Shown here: positions 48,217-57,208 of the stretch, piece by piece
Position numbering within the stretch: the stretch's first letter is position 1
How the letters are laid out: each line of letters starts with the position of its first letter
Assembly (NCBI GenBank): GCA_963804975.1
Contig: CAWDSG010000002.1
Location: forward strand, 208,991 to 272,990
From: an uncultured bacterium
GTDB taxonomy: Bacteria > Patescibacteriota > Minisyncoccia > Phycocordibacterales > GWA1-40-21
Length of the DNA: 64,000 nucleotides
Direction: 5' to 3'
Notes under the pieces: generated by a model
Database searches by the model: none
The model's input: the letters and a program-made list of their open reading frames with translations, nothing else
What the model was told of the DNA's origin: nothing
Made by a program: the position numbers and the translations under genes

Positions 48217-50265
48217 ATGAGCAAATTCAAGATAAAAGCAGAATATAAGCCGGCGGGAGATCAGCCACAGGCCATAAACGAGCTTGTGGATGGCATAGAA
48301 GCGGGTCTGAATAAGCAGACCCTTTTTGGCGTTACCGGAAGCGGGAAAACTTTCACCATCGCAAATGTCATAGAAAAAACTCAAAAGCCGACGCTTGTCA
48401 TTGCTCACAACAAAACTCTCGCTGCCCAGCTCGCCCAAGAATACAAAGAATTTTTCCCCGACAACGCCGTGCATTATTTCGTTTCGTATTACGACTACTA
48501 TCAGCCGGAGGCCTATATGCCGATCACGGACACTTATATTGAAAAAGAAGCGATGATAAATGAGGAGATCGACCGCCTTCGCCACGCTTCCACGCAGGCA
48601 TTGCTGACAAGAAAGGATGTGATCATTGTTGCCTCGGTTTCCTGCATTTACGGCTTGGGTTCTCCGGAAGATTATGAAAAGGTAAATATCAAACTCAATA
48701 TCGGCGACAAAACCACACGGCAGGATTTGATTAAAAAACTTATAAATGTTCATTTTAAAAGGACAAACTCGGACATTACCGCTGGCTCGTTCCGCGCAAT
48801 CGGCAATGCTATTGAAGTGATGCCGGTAAATGAAAAAATTCTCATTAGAATTGACCTCGCGGATGACCAGATAAAAAATATCTCGCGGATTGATTCGGTT
48901 TCAAGAAAGCTCGTGAAAGACAGTTTGAAATCAGTTTTCATTTTTCCGGCAAAACATTTTATTACGGATAAGGACCAGCAAAAGCGGGCGATAGCGAGCA
49001 TAAAAATTGAGCTTGAAGAGCAATTGAAAAAGCTGAAAAAGGAAGGCAGGCTTCTTGAAGCGGAAAGATTGCGAAGAAGAACCGCGCACGACTTGTCGCT
49101 CATAAGAGAAGTTGGTTATTGCAACGGCATTGAAAATTATTCAAGGCATTTTTCGGGGAAAGTTGCAGGAGAACCGCCGGATACCTTGCTTTCATATTTT
49201 CCAAAAGATTTTCTGACAGTAATAGACGAATCGCATGTCACGGTTTCGCAGATAAGAGGAATGTATGCCGGCGATGCTTCCAGAAAAAAGACACTTATTG
49301 ATTATGGTTTCAGATTGCCGTCTGCAAAAGACAACAGACCGCTCAAGTTTGAAGAATTTGAAAAGAAAGTCGGACAGACGATTTACACTTCCGCTACGCC
49401 GGGAGATTATGAAAGAGAAAATTCCAAGAAGATTGTGGAACAGATTATCAGGCCGACGGGTTTGATAGACCCGGTTATGGATATAAAACCGATTACCGAG
49501 GTAAAAGGTCGTAATAAATCGCAGGTTTATGATTTTATTGATGAAGCGCTGAAAGTTATAAAAAATGGGGGAAGAGTGATAGCAACAACGCTTACAAAAA
49601 AGATGGCGGAAGATTTGAGCGAATATCTGAAAGACCTGCCTACCGGCCAGGCAGGGAAAGGTAAAATCAAAGCGGAATATTTGCACAGCGAAATAAAAAC
49701 GATAGACAGAATAGATATTTTGACGAATTTCCGCAAAGGCAAATTTGATTGTATTGTCGGCGTGAACCTTTTGAGAGAGGGTTTGGATTTGCCGGAAGTG
49801 GAGTTTATCGGAATTCTTGATGCGGACAAGGAAGGATTTTTGCGTTCAGACACTTCGCTGATACAGACCATCGGCAGAGCTGCGAGAAATATTGCAGGCC
49901 GAGTGGTGCTTTATGCAGACCGAATTACCGGCTCAATTGAAAGGGCAGTGGATGAGACAAATAGACGAAGGGAAAAACAGATTGCTTACAACACAAAGCA
50001 TGGCATTACTCCAAAAACGATCGTCAAAAAGATCCACGATATTACCGAGCATATGCGAAGCGACCACGACAGAGCTGTTGCCGAACTTGTCAAAATTGAC
50101 GAGCAAATGGCAGAAAAAAGTCCCGCAAAATTGATTAAGCAAAAAGAAATTCAAATGAACGCCGCTGTGAAAATCCTGGATTTCGAATCCGCCGCGATTT
50201 TAAGGGATGAAATAGCAATATTAAAGAAACGACCAGAAACCAAACCTACAAAAGTAACAATCTAA
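48217..50265 (+). CDS. uvrB: excinuclease ABC subunit B
   Basis: GDQP, GVTGSGKT, YYDYYQPEAY, DESH, QTIGRAARN. Confidence 0.98.
   Translation: MSKFKIKAEYKPAGDQPQAINELVDGIEAGLNKQTLFGVTGSGKTFTIANVIEKTQKPTLVIAHNKTLAAQLAQEYKEFFPDNAVHYFVSYYDYYQPEAYMPITDTYIEKEAMINEEIDRLRHASTQALLTRKDVIIVASVSCIYGLGSPEDYEKVNIKLNIGDKTTRQDLIKKLINVHFKRTNSDITAGSFRAIGNAIEVMPVNEKILIRIDLADDQIKNISRIDSVSRKLVKDSLKSVFIFPAKHFITDKDQQKRAIASIKIELEEQLKKLKKEGRLLEAERLRRRTAHDLSLIREVGYCNGIENYSRHFSGKVAGEPPDTLLSYFPKDFLTVIDESHVTVSQIRGMYAGDASRKKTLIDYGFRLPSAKDNRPLKFEEFEKKVGQTIYTSATPGDYERENSKKIVEQIIRPTGLIDPVMDIKPITEVKGRNKSQVYDFIDEALKVIKNGGRVIATTLTKKMAEDLSEYLKDLPTGQAGKGKIKAEYLHSEIKTIDRIDILTNFRKGKFDCIVGVNLLREGLDLPEVEFIGILDADKEGFLRSDTSLIQTIGRAARNIAGRVVLYADRITGSIERAVDETNRRREKQIAYNTKHGITPKTIVKKIHDITEHMRSDHDRAVAELVKIDEQMAEKSPAKLIKQKEIQMNAAVKILDFESAAILRDEIAILKKRPETKPTKVTI
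49635..49655 (+). repeat. 21-bp in-frame element (LPTGQAG) in uvrB
   Basis: cctgcctaccggccaggcagg. Confidence 0.95.
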
Positions 50266-50281
50266 TTGAAGTTGTTTGTAC

Positions 50282-50290
50282 TGTGGATAA
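50282..50290 (-). promoter_or_regulatory. single consensus DnaA box
   Basis: tgtggataa = TTATCCACA on minus strand, intergenic. Confidence 0.35.
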
Positions 50291-50379
50291 CTAAGTGTTG
50301 CAAAAAAGGGTATAATAGGCACGTAAAAGGATCTGAATTTTTTCTTGCTAATTAAAAATATTTGTGTTATAATCAAGGC

Positions 50380-50922
50380 ATGAAAATACCCATCACAAAA
50401 CTTAAGGCAATATTGTTGTATTTTTATACTTATACAGATTCACGACTTCTTGGAAAAGTGAAGTTAATGAAACTGTTTTATTTTCTTGATTTTACTCACA
50501 TAAAAAAATATGGTGTTCCTGTAACATTTGATACTTATGTAAAATTGGAACACGGACCAATACCTTCCACAATAAAAAACCTTATCGATACTGCAGATGA
50601 TGATATTGATAACTCATTCTTATCAGATACAATTTCTATTGAAATGTCTGAAGAAAATAAAATGCACCGTATTGTTGGATCAAGAAAATTCAATGACAAA
50701 GATAGCAAATTATTCTCTGAAAATGAATTAAAAATTCTTCAGGAAGTATGTTTACGATTTGGAGATAAAAATACAGGATATATTGAAAAAGCTTCTCATG
50801 AAGAAGCTCCTTGGAAATTATCAAACATGTTTGATAATATTTCTTATTCTTTGGCGGCAAAAGATACTGATAGTTTGATTTCAGAAGAACAAATAAAATT
50901 TTTTGAAGAAATAACAAAATAA
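50380..50922 (+). CDS. Panacea (DUF4065/SocA-like) antitoxin-family protein
   Basis: KLMKLFYFLDF, HGPIP, SHEEAPW. Confidence 0.85.
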   Translation: MKIPITKLKAILLYFYTYTDSRLLGKVKLMKLFYFLDFTHIKKYGVPVTFDTYVKLEHGPIPSTIKNLIDTADDDIDNSFLSDTISIEMSEENKMHRIVGSRKFNDKDSKLFSENELKILQEVCLRFGDKNTGYIEKASHEEAPWKLSNMFDNISYSLAAKDTDSLISEEQIKFFEEITK

Positions 50923-50926
50923 TTCA

Positions 50927-51316
50927 ATGGATGGAACTCTTGTAACATTTGGAGACGTTTTTAGATACAACGAAGAATTTTATGTTTATTTAGCATTAAA
51001 CGCAGATGCGGGTATATTATATGCTGCAAGAATATTAAATGAAGGTCAAACCAAGGCGTTTGATAAGATGAGTATTAAAAGTAAGATTGACGATGAAAAA
51101 AACTTGACCTTTTGTTATGTTATGCTCAAAACGGAAAATTTTAAAAATAGAGCGGCTCATTTTTATCAAAATGAACATGAAAGTTCAAATATCTATATAG
51201 AAAAATTTTGTTCACTTGATAAAGAAGATTTAATAAAGATAAAAGCCCAGGTAATGGATAGTAAGGCAATATCTCAAAACTTGAAAGATGCAGTCAAAGA
51301 TATTACTCTGTCATAA
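50927..51316 (+). CDS. hypothetical protein, candidate toxin partner
   Basis: Starts 4 bp after the Panacea gene; AT-rich. Confidence 0.6.
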   Translation: MDGTLVTFGDVFRYNEEFYVYLALNADAGILYAARILNEGQTKAFDKMSIKSKIDDEKNLTFCYVMLKTENFKNRAAHFYQNEHESSNIYIEKFCSLDKEDLIKIKAQVMDSKAISQNLKDAVKDITLS

Positions 51317-51404
51317 CTATAAATGGTAAGGTTGAACTTTGCCATTTATAATAATTTTGATTTATTTGCCAAACTTTAAAACTAAGAATAGTATAATTTA
51401 ACAT

Positions 51405-51956
51405 ATGTATATATCAACTTGGATCATTATAATTATAGTTATTGTTGGAATATATTTTTACCGTAAATCCAAAAAGCAAAATAAGAGTATATCAGAAAAT
51501 CAATTGCTAACCGCTGATGAAATGTGGGTACGAGCAGAAGTATATATGGAAAGAGTAATGAGAAAAAGTCCTAATATAGAAAAATATCTGCAAGATGAAA
51601 GAGATATGGTAAAAGCTATGGAAAGAGACATGGTACGCCTTCGGGAACGTTTTAAACATGATCCAAAAAAACAACTTGAGATTGCACAAGGTTGGATGGA
51701 TTATTCTCATGCAGTAGAAAGGATAAAATTTTCTAGAGAGTTATTAGATGTTGATATGGAACATAATGCTTATGATTCGCATGATGAACGAACTAAGGAA
51801 GCGTGGATTACTATACCAGAAATTGCAAAACGAGTTGAAAATATACTTGGAAAAGATTCGAGTTCTAAGTTAGTGCATGACAGGCTTTATAGAAATGCAG
51901 AAGCTACAGGAGAGGTTGTTACTGATTTTGTTCTTAAAAATAAAAATAAATCTTAA
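51405..51956 (+). CDS. membrane-anchored hypothetical protein
   Basis: N-terminal TM helix, helical body, leaderless -10. Confidence 0.65.
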   Translation: MYISTWIIIIIVIVGIYFYRKSKKQNKSISENQLLTADEMWVRAEVYMERVMRKSPNIEKYLQDERDMVKAMERDMVRLRERFKHDPKKQLEIAQGWMDYSHAVERIKFSRELLDVDMEHNAYDSHDERTKEAWITIPEIAKRVENILGKDSSSKLVHDRLYRNAEATGEVVTDFVLKNKNKS

Positions 51957-52006
51957 GAAATTTTGATATCATTGTTGATTTCAGCAATTTTAATTAATTT
52001 CCCAAT

Positions 52007-52042
52007 CTCCAAAACCAAAATAAAAGAAAATCCCACGAAAAC
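52007..52042 (+). repeat. 36-bp direct repeat, copy 1
   Basis: 33/36 identical to 52674-52709. Confidence 0.75.
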
Positions 52043-52132
52043 CGTGCGGTTTTTTTATTTGCCAAAAATACAAACTCGGCGTAGTATTTAAGATAGAAGT
52101 AAATTGACTAAATCCGATTCAAGGAGATAGCG

Positions 52133-52381
52133 ATGAAAAAAACATTTAAGAGATTATGGTTGCATGTTTTATTAATCGGCAAGACGTTGAACACTAGTGG
52201 AATCATTTGTTTCTTCAGGCTAAGACACAAGTTTGATCCGATTGAAGTTGAAGCTCATTATTTGCATGCCAAATGTTATCTATGCAAAAAAAAGCTTTAT
52301 TACGCCAAATCTTCCAACGAGTATAAAAACTTGTTGGAAGAAAATTCGCGATTCTTGAAAACGAAAGGAATGGAATCATGA
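52133..52381 (+). CDS. small orphan protein (CxxC)
   Basis: Promoter plus AAGGAG SD. Confidence 0.55.
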   Translation: MKKTFKRLWLHVLLIGKTLNTSGIICFFRLRHKFDPIEVEAHYLHAKCYLCKKKLYYAKSSNEYKNLLEENSRFLKTKGMES

Positions 52382-52614
52382 AAAAAGTTGAATTGACATT
52401 TATGGTCGTCCCCGAGTTTTTGAAAAGCCATTGTTTCATCAAAGATCCGGTCAAGATCAAGATCATTGATCCAGGAGCCATTTTTCTTACAGGCATTCTC
52501 GGCGAAAGCGGAAGAAAAATGGTGAAGGCGGGCATTCCATTTTATTTCAAACGGAAGCTTGCCGAACATTTGATCAATAAAGGAATCGCGGTACGAATAC
52601 CAAGCAGGAAATAA
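52378..52614 (+). CDS. small orphan protein
   Basis: ATGA overlap with the previous ORF. Confidence 0.55.
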   Translation: MKKVELTFMVVPEFLKSHCFIKDPVKIKIIDPGAIFLTGILGESGRKMVKAGIPFYFKRKLAEHLINKGIAVRIPSRK

Positions 52615-52673
52615 TATCGCATTTCCAACAAAAGCACACGACCTTCTGGTACGGTGCTTTTTTATTTGCTAAC

Positions 52674-52709
52674 CTCCAAAACCAAAATAAACGAAAACCC
52701 CACAAAAAC
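52674..52709 (+). repeat. 36-bp direct repeat, copy 2
   Basis: 33/36 identical to 52007-52042. Confidence 0.75.
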
Positions 52710-52710
52710 T

Positions 52711-52932
52711 CTAAGGTCTTCGTGGGGATTTTTTTCTTCTTGGCTTGGTTCCCAAACAGCACAAACCAGTCCTTATCTTTTTTGAATGAATCGGATGTTC
52801 TGTTTCAAATCCGCATTCAGGACACGGATGGCCGCGATAAGGTTTGAATGTTCGCGCCTTTACAGATGCGGCATGACCAGTAGACCCATTTAAATTAAAA
52901 AGCAATTCTTCTTTTATAGTTTTAAGTTTCAT
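52711..52932 (-). CDS. small orphan protein, possible zinc-binding
   Basis: AAGGAG SD, CPECG...H...CC. Confidence 0.5.
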   Translation of the reverse strand: MKLKTIKEELLFNLNGSTGHAASVKARTFKPYRGHPCPECGFETEHPIHSKKIRTGLCCLGTKPRRKKSPRRP

Positions 52933-53108
52933 GGCAAACTCCTTTCGTTTTCAATCTATTTTCAGTATAAACAAATAATAATATTTGTCTAGATTTAAAT
53001 TTGCCAAAATCCAAAATAGGTGTAATATCCAATCAGAAGCAAAAATCGATAAACCGGAGAAGTTGAGTCATCAGCGCAATCTAAAATTCTTTTGAAAAGG
53101 AGAAAACA

Positions 53109-53771
53109 GTGAAAAAATTGTTCGCCGTCGTCGTTTTGTTTTTAGTCGTTGTTTCAAATGTTTCGGCAGGAAGCAGTGAATTTAAAGTAGGAATCGGACC
53201 GGAAATAAACTGGACGAACGTTCCTATCACCTCTGATCCGACAATTGGAAACGTGGTTTTGGGAAATCCTGCGATAGGGGAGAATATTTTTTTACAGTAC
53301 AGGCCGAAATATCTTTTCGGAACAATCGCCGTGAAAGCCGAAGCGAGCATGTTCGGAAAACAGGACTTTGCCTCGGAGAACCTGAGCGTGTCGGGAAGCG
53401 AAACGACAAGCTCATGTGGCTTTATTTTGAAAGTTTATCCTCCGGTCAAAGGACATATTGAACCGTATGGCGGAATCGGCGCCGATTATGTCAGCGTTAT
53501 AGGCGGATATTCTCGCCCGACAACCCAGACGATAAATATTTACGGCCAATCGGTTGATATTCCGACGATGACCACGACAGCGGTTTGTCTCGGATCATGG
53601 ATACCCAAAGCAGAGGTTGGCGCGGATATATCCATTATCGATGATCATTTCTCAATATATATAGAAGGATTTGATATGTTTTTAAATGAAATGAAAGGCG
53701 GCGAAGCCGATAATCTTGCAAAGAAAGCCAGCAGTATCGGATTATCGGTAGGAGGAGCCATATCGTTTTAA
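53109..53771 (+). CDS. secreted protein with outer-membrane beta-barrel-like pattern
   Basis: Signal peptide, amphipathic strands (PYGGIGADY), C-terminal Phe. Confidence 0.6.
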   Translation: MKKLFAVVVLFLVVVSNVSAGSSEFKVGIGPEINWTNVPITSDPTIGNVVLGNPAIGENIFLQYRPKYLFGTIAVKAEASMFGKQDFASENLSVSGSETTSSCGFILKVYPPVKGHIEPYGGIGADYVSVIGGYSRPTTQTINIYGQSVDIPTMTTTAVCLGSWIPKAEVGADISIIDDHFSIYIEGFDMFLNEMKGGEADNLAKKASSIGLSVGGAISF

Positions 53772-53924
53772 TTAAAAAGATATATTAAAATTAAAAACCC
53801 GTTTCAAAGAAAAGAAACGGGTTTTTTATTGCAAAATTTGCCAAAACTCTTATTTTCTTGACTTTACTAAATATTAATGATACTATTGCTTTAGAGTAAA
53901 ACATCCGCCACGAGGGAGGATCAC

Positions 53925-54371
53925 ATGTTATCTGATAAATCAAATAAGATTGATTTGTCTGAGGAAATTATGTGTGCATTGATATTTGCAAGAAGCATAA
54001 TACGGAAATTTTTTGGCCGAAACATTGTCTTTAAACAAGCGACTATTTATCAAGAAAACAAAGAGGTTGATAGGTATGAAGTCGAAATCAAAACGGTAAT
54101 AAAAACTGAAGATAGCTGCAACCCATTTCTCTTTGGAGTTGTATTTGGTTTTACGCTTGCCGGCACGAATGGCTTTTCGCCTGAACCAAATGGCGAAGTA
54201 GCAATGCGGTTGGTGTACGGTATGGGGAAAAAGGATGAAGACCTTTCTTTCGTTTATAATCAAGGAGGGTTTAATTTCTCCGACAACACACGAAAACTTT
54301 TGAATGAACTACGCGCAAAGATAGGTTTACCAGAAATAGATTTGCCGGAATTCATTCAAAACCCATCTTGA
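53925..54371 (+). CDS. orphan protein
   Basis: TTGACT-17-TACTAT promoter, GGGAGG SD, hairpin downstream. Confidence 0.62.
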   Translation: MLSDKSNKIDLSEEIMCALIFARSIIRKFFGRNIVFKQATIYQENKEVDRYEVEIKTVIKTEDSCNPFLFGVVFGFTLAGTNGFSPEPNGEVAMRLVYGMGKKDEDLSFVYNQGGFNFSDNTRKLLNELRAKIGLPEIDLPEFIQNPS

Positions 54372-54513
54372 TAAATATCGACAACGCCCACGAAAAGCCC
54401 AGTGCTTCTCGCGGGCTTTTTGTTTGTAAAATATTTGCCAAATTTATAAACTAAGAGTAATATGCTCGTACATAACCCTATGGGGCAAACCCGAGGGTAA
54501 TTTGGCTTTATAT

Positions 54514-57204
54514 ATGAAAACAACATTTAACGAAAAGTCACCAAAAATCATTGTAAAAGGGGCGAGAACTCACAATCTTAAGAATATTACTGTTGAGATG
54601 CCTCGCAATAAGATGATCGCCATTACAGGGATTTCCGGCTCAGGGAAGTCGTCTTTTGCATTTGACACTATTTTTGCCGAAGGCCAGAGGCGATATGTTG
54701 AATCGCTTTCTTCTTATGCAAGGCAATTTTTGCATCAGATGCAGAAGCCGGATGTGGACGAAATAGTCGGGCTTTCGCCTGCAATTTCAATAGACCAAAA
54801 ATCCCGTTCAAACAATCCTCGTTCAACCGTGGCGACTATCACGGAAATTTACGATTATTTGAGAATTTTATATGCAAGAATCGGCAAACCGCACTGCCTT
54901 GTCTGCGGACGCGAAATTAAAAAACTTTCAAAAGAGGAAATTTTGGAAACAATTATTCATACTGTTACGCATATCAAATCTCCGCAGAAATCCAAAGAAG
55001 TGCTCGGGGTGAAAGTAACAAGCGACCCCGGTGAAGTAAAAAACGCACTACTTCACGGGGCAAGCAAGATCAGAATTTTTTCTCCGGTTGTTGTCGGCAG
55101 AAAAGGGGAGTACTACCAGCTTCTTTACGATTTGATAGAAAAGGGCTATGAATACGTAAAAATAGACGGCGAGCTTAAAAAGCTCCGCAACCAGATAATT
55201 CTCGCCAAAAACAAAAAGCACGATATTGATGTGCTTGTTGATGAATTTTACATAAGCGAGTTTATTTTGACAAAAACTGGCACAAGCAAGGCAGTTGAAG
55301 CGGATAGGCAAAGATTTGAAAATGTAAAAACCCGACTTTCAGACGCGGTGGAAAAAGCCATTGAGGAATCAAAAGGGCTTTTGAAAATTGAAACGCCTGA
55401 AGACCTGCCTACCGGCCAGGCAGGAACCAAAATGATCTCCGTTAAATTTATGTGCCCTTACGATGGCTATTCATATCCAGAAATAGAACCGCGGCTTTTT
55501 TCATTCAATTCGCCATATGGCGCATGTCTAACTTGCCACGGCCTCGGCACAAAAGATTTTTGGACTGACGAACCTTGCGAAACGTGTCATGGCAAGAGAT
55601 TGCGAGAAGAAGCGCTGCATGTACTTATTGGAGATATAAATATCGTGGAATATACCGCTAAATCAATCGGAGATGCGAAAAATTTTATGGAAAATCTGAA
55701 ATTGACCGAGCTTGAACAGGAAATTTCCCGGGTAATTCTGAAAGAAATTGACTCACGGCTCCAATTTATGATGGATGTCGGCATTGAATATCTTTCGCTT
55801 GATAGACGGGCAAATACTCTTTCAAACGGCGAAGCGCAAAGAATCCGCCTTGCTTCGCAGCTCGGCTCCGGCCTTGTCGGCGCTCTTTATGTGCTGGATG
55901 AACCGACAATCGGCTTGCATCAGAGAGACAACGACAAGCTTATAAAAACATTGATAAATCTGCGCGATCTGGGAAATACGATTCTTGTGGTTGAACACGA
56001 CGAAGATACGATGTTTGCTTCGGATTATATCGTTGATATCGGTCCCGGTGCCGGAGTGCACGGAGGAAAAGTCGTTGTTTCCGGATATATGGACGAGCTT
56101 TTGACCGCGAAAGAAAATAAATCCGGTTCAATCACGCTTGATTATCTTCGCGGTGATATGAAAATTGAAATGCCGAAAAAAAGACGCGATCAAGACAAGG
56201 GAAAAATAAAAGTGCGAGGCGGAAAAATTTTCAATATAAAAAATATGAATGTTGAAGTGCCGCTTGGAAAATTTGTGACTATCACGGGAGTGTCCGGCTC
56301 GGGAAAGTCATCTCTGGTATATGAGATTTTGCACAAAAACCTGCGGGCACGGCTTGAAAGAAAATTTCGCAACGCAAATACTTACAATTGCGAGTCATTT
56401 GCCGGCTCGGAATATGTTTCAAGGACGATTATGATAGACCAGTCGCCGATAGGAAGGACTCCTCGTTCAAATCCGGCAACTTATATCGGTGCGTGGACTT
56501 TTATCCGCGATATGTTTGCTATGACGGCGATGGCGCGAGAAAGAGGCTGGGGAGCAAACAGATTTTCATTTAACGTAAAAGGCGGAAGATGCGAAGCATG
56601 CCAAGGAAACGGAACGATTGAAGTGGAAATGCACTTTTTGCCGACGATTTATGTGCCGTGCGACATTTGCCATGGAAAAAGATTTACCAAGGAGACATTG
56701 GAAGTGAAATACAAAGGGAAAAATGTCCATCAAGTGCTTGAAATGACTGCAGAGGAAGCTTTGGAATTTTTTGCCGATTTGCCGGCGGTTTACGACAGGT
56801 TGAAATGCGTGAATGAAGTCGGACTTGGATATTTGAAACTCGGGCAATCTGCCACGACGCTTTCCGGCGGAGAAGCGCAGAGAGTGAAAATCGCTTCGGA
56901 ACTTTACAGGCCGGATTTGCACAAGACAATTTATTTTTTGGACGAGCCGACAATCGGGCTTCATTACGAAGATGTAAAAAAACTTATTGAAATTTTACAG
57001 AAGCTTGTTGATAACGGAAATACTGTCGTAGTTATTGAGCACAATATGGATCTGATAAAAAATTCCGATTATGTGATAGATATCGGGCCGGAAGGCGGAG
57101 ACAGGGGCGGGGAAATTGTCGCCAAAGGGACGCCGGAGAGTGTAGCGGAAAATGAAAAGAGTTATACTGGTAAATATTTGAAGAGAATTTTGAAGAGAAA
57201 ATAG
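54514..57204 (+). CDS. uvrA: excinuclease ABC subunit A
   Basis: Two Gx[27 protein letters not shown], zinc fingers. Confidence 0.98.
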   Translation: MKTTFNEKSPKIIVKGARTHNLKNITVEMPRNKMIAITGISGSGKSSFAFDTIFAEGQRRYVESLSSYARQFLHQMQKPDVDEIVGLSPAISIDQKSRSNNPRSTVATITEIYDYLRILYARIGKPHCLVCGREIKKLSKEEILETIIHTVTHIKSPQKSKEVLGVKVTSDPGEVKNALLHGASKIRIFSPVVVGRKGEYYQLLYDLIEKGYEYVKIDGELKKLRNQIILAKNKKHDIDVLVDEFYISEFILTKTGTSKAVEADRQRFENVKTRLSDAVEKAIEESKGLLKIETPEDLPTGQAGTKMISVKFMCPYDGYSYPEIEPRLFSFNSPYGACLTCHGLGTKDFWTDEPCETCHGKRLREEALHVLIGDINIVEYTAKSIGDAKNFMENLKLTELEQEISRVILKEIDSRLQFMMDVGIEYLSLDRRANTLSNGEAQRIRLASQLGSGLVGALYVLDEPTIGLHQRDNDKLIKTLINLRDLGNTILVVEHDEDTMFASDYIVDIGPGAGVHGGKVVVSGYMDELLTAKENKSGSITLDYLRGDMKIEMPKKRRDQDKGKIKVRGGKIFNIKNMNVEVPLGKFVTITGVSGSGKSSLVYEILHKNLRARLERKFRNANTYNCESFAGSEYVSRTIMIDQSPIGRTPRSNPATYIGAWTFIRDMFAMTAMARERGWGANRFSFNVKGGRCEACQGNGTIEVEMHFLPTIYVPCDICHGKRFTKETLEVKYKGKNVHQVLEMTAEEALEFFADLPAVYDRLKCVNEVGLGYLKLGQSATTLSGGEAQRVKIASELYRPDLHKTIYFLDEPTIGLHYEDVKKLIEILQKLVDNGNTVVVIEHNMDLIKNSDYVIDIGPEGGDRGGEIVAKGTPESVAENEKSYTGKYLKRILKRK
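55024..55062 (+). repeat. 39-bp in-frame element ([13 protein letters not shown]) in uvrA
   Basis: gaccccggtgaagtaaaaaacgcactacttcacggggca. Confidence 0.85.
55404..55424 (+). repeat. 21-bp in-frame element (LPTGQAG) in uvrA
   Basis: cctgcctaccggccaggcagg. Confidence 0.95.
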
Positions 57205-57208
57205 GAAA

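Noticed and set aside
50282-50290. Replication origin
   Set aside because: Only one perfect DnaA box; no cluster and no dnaA.
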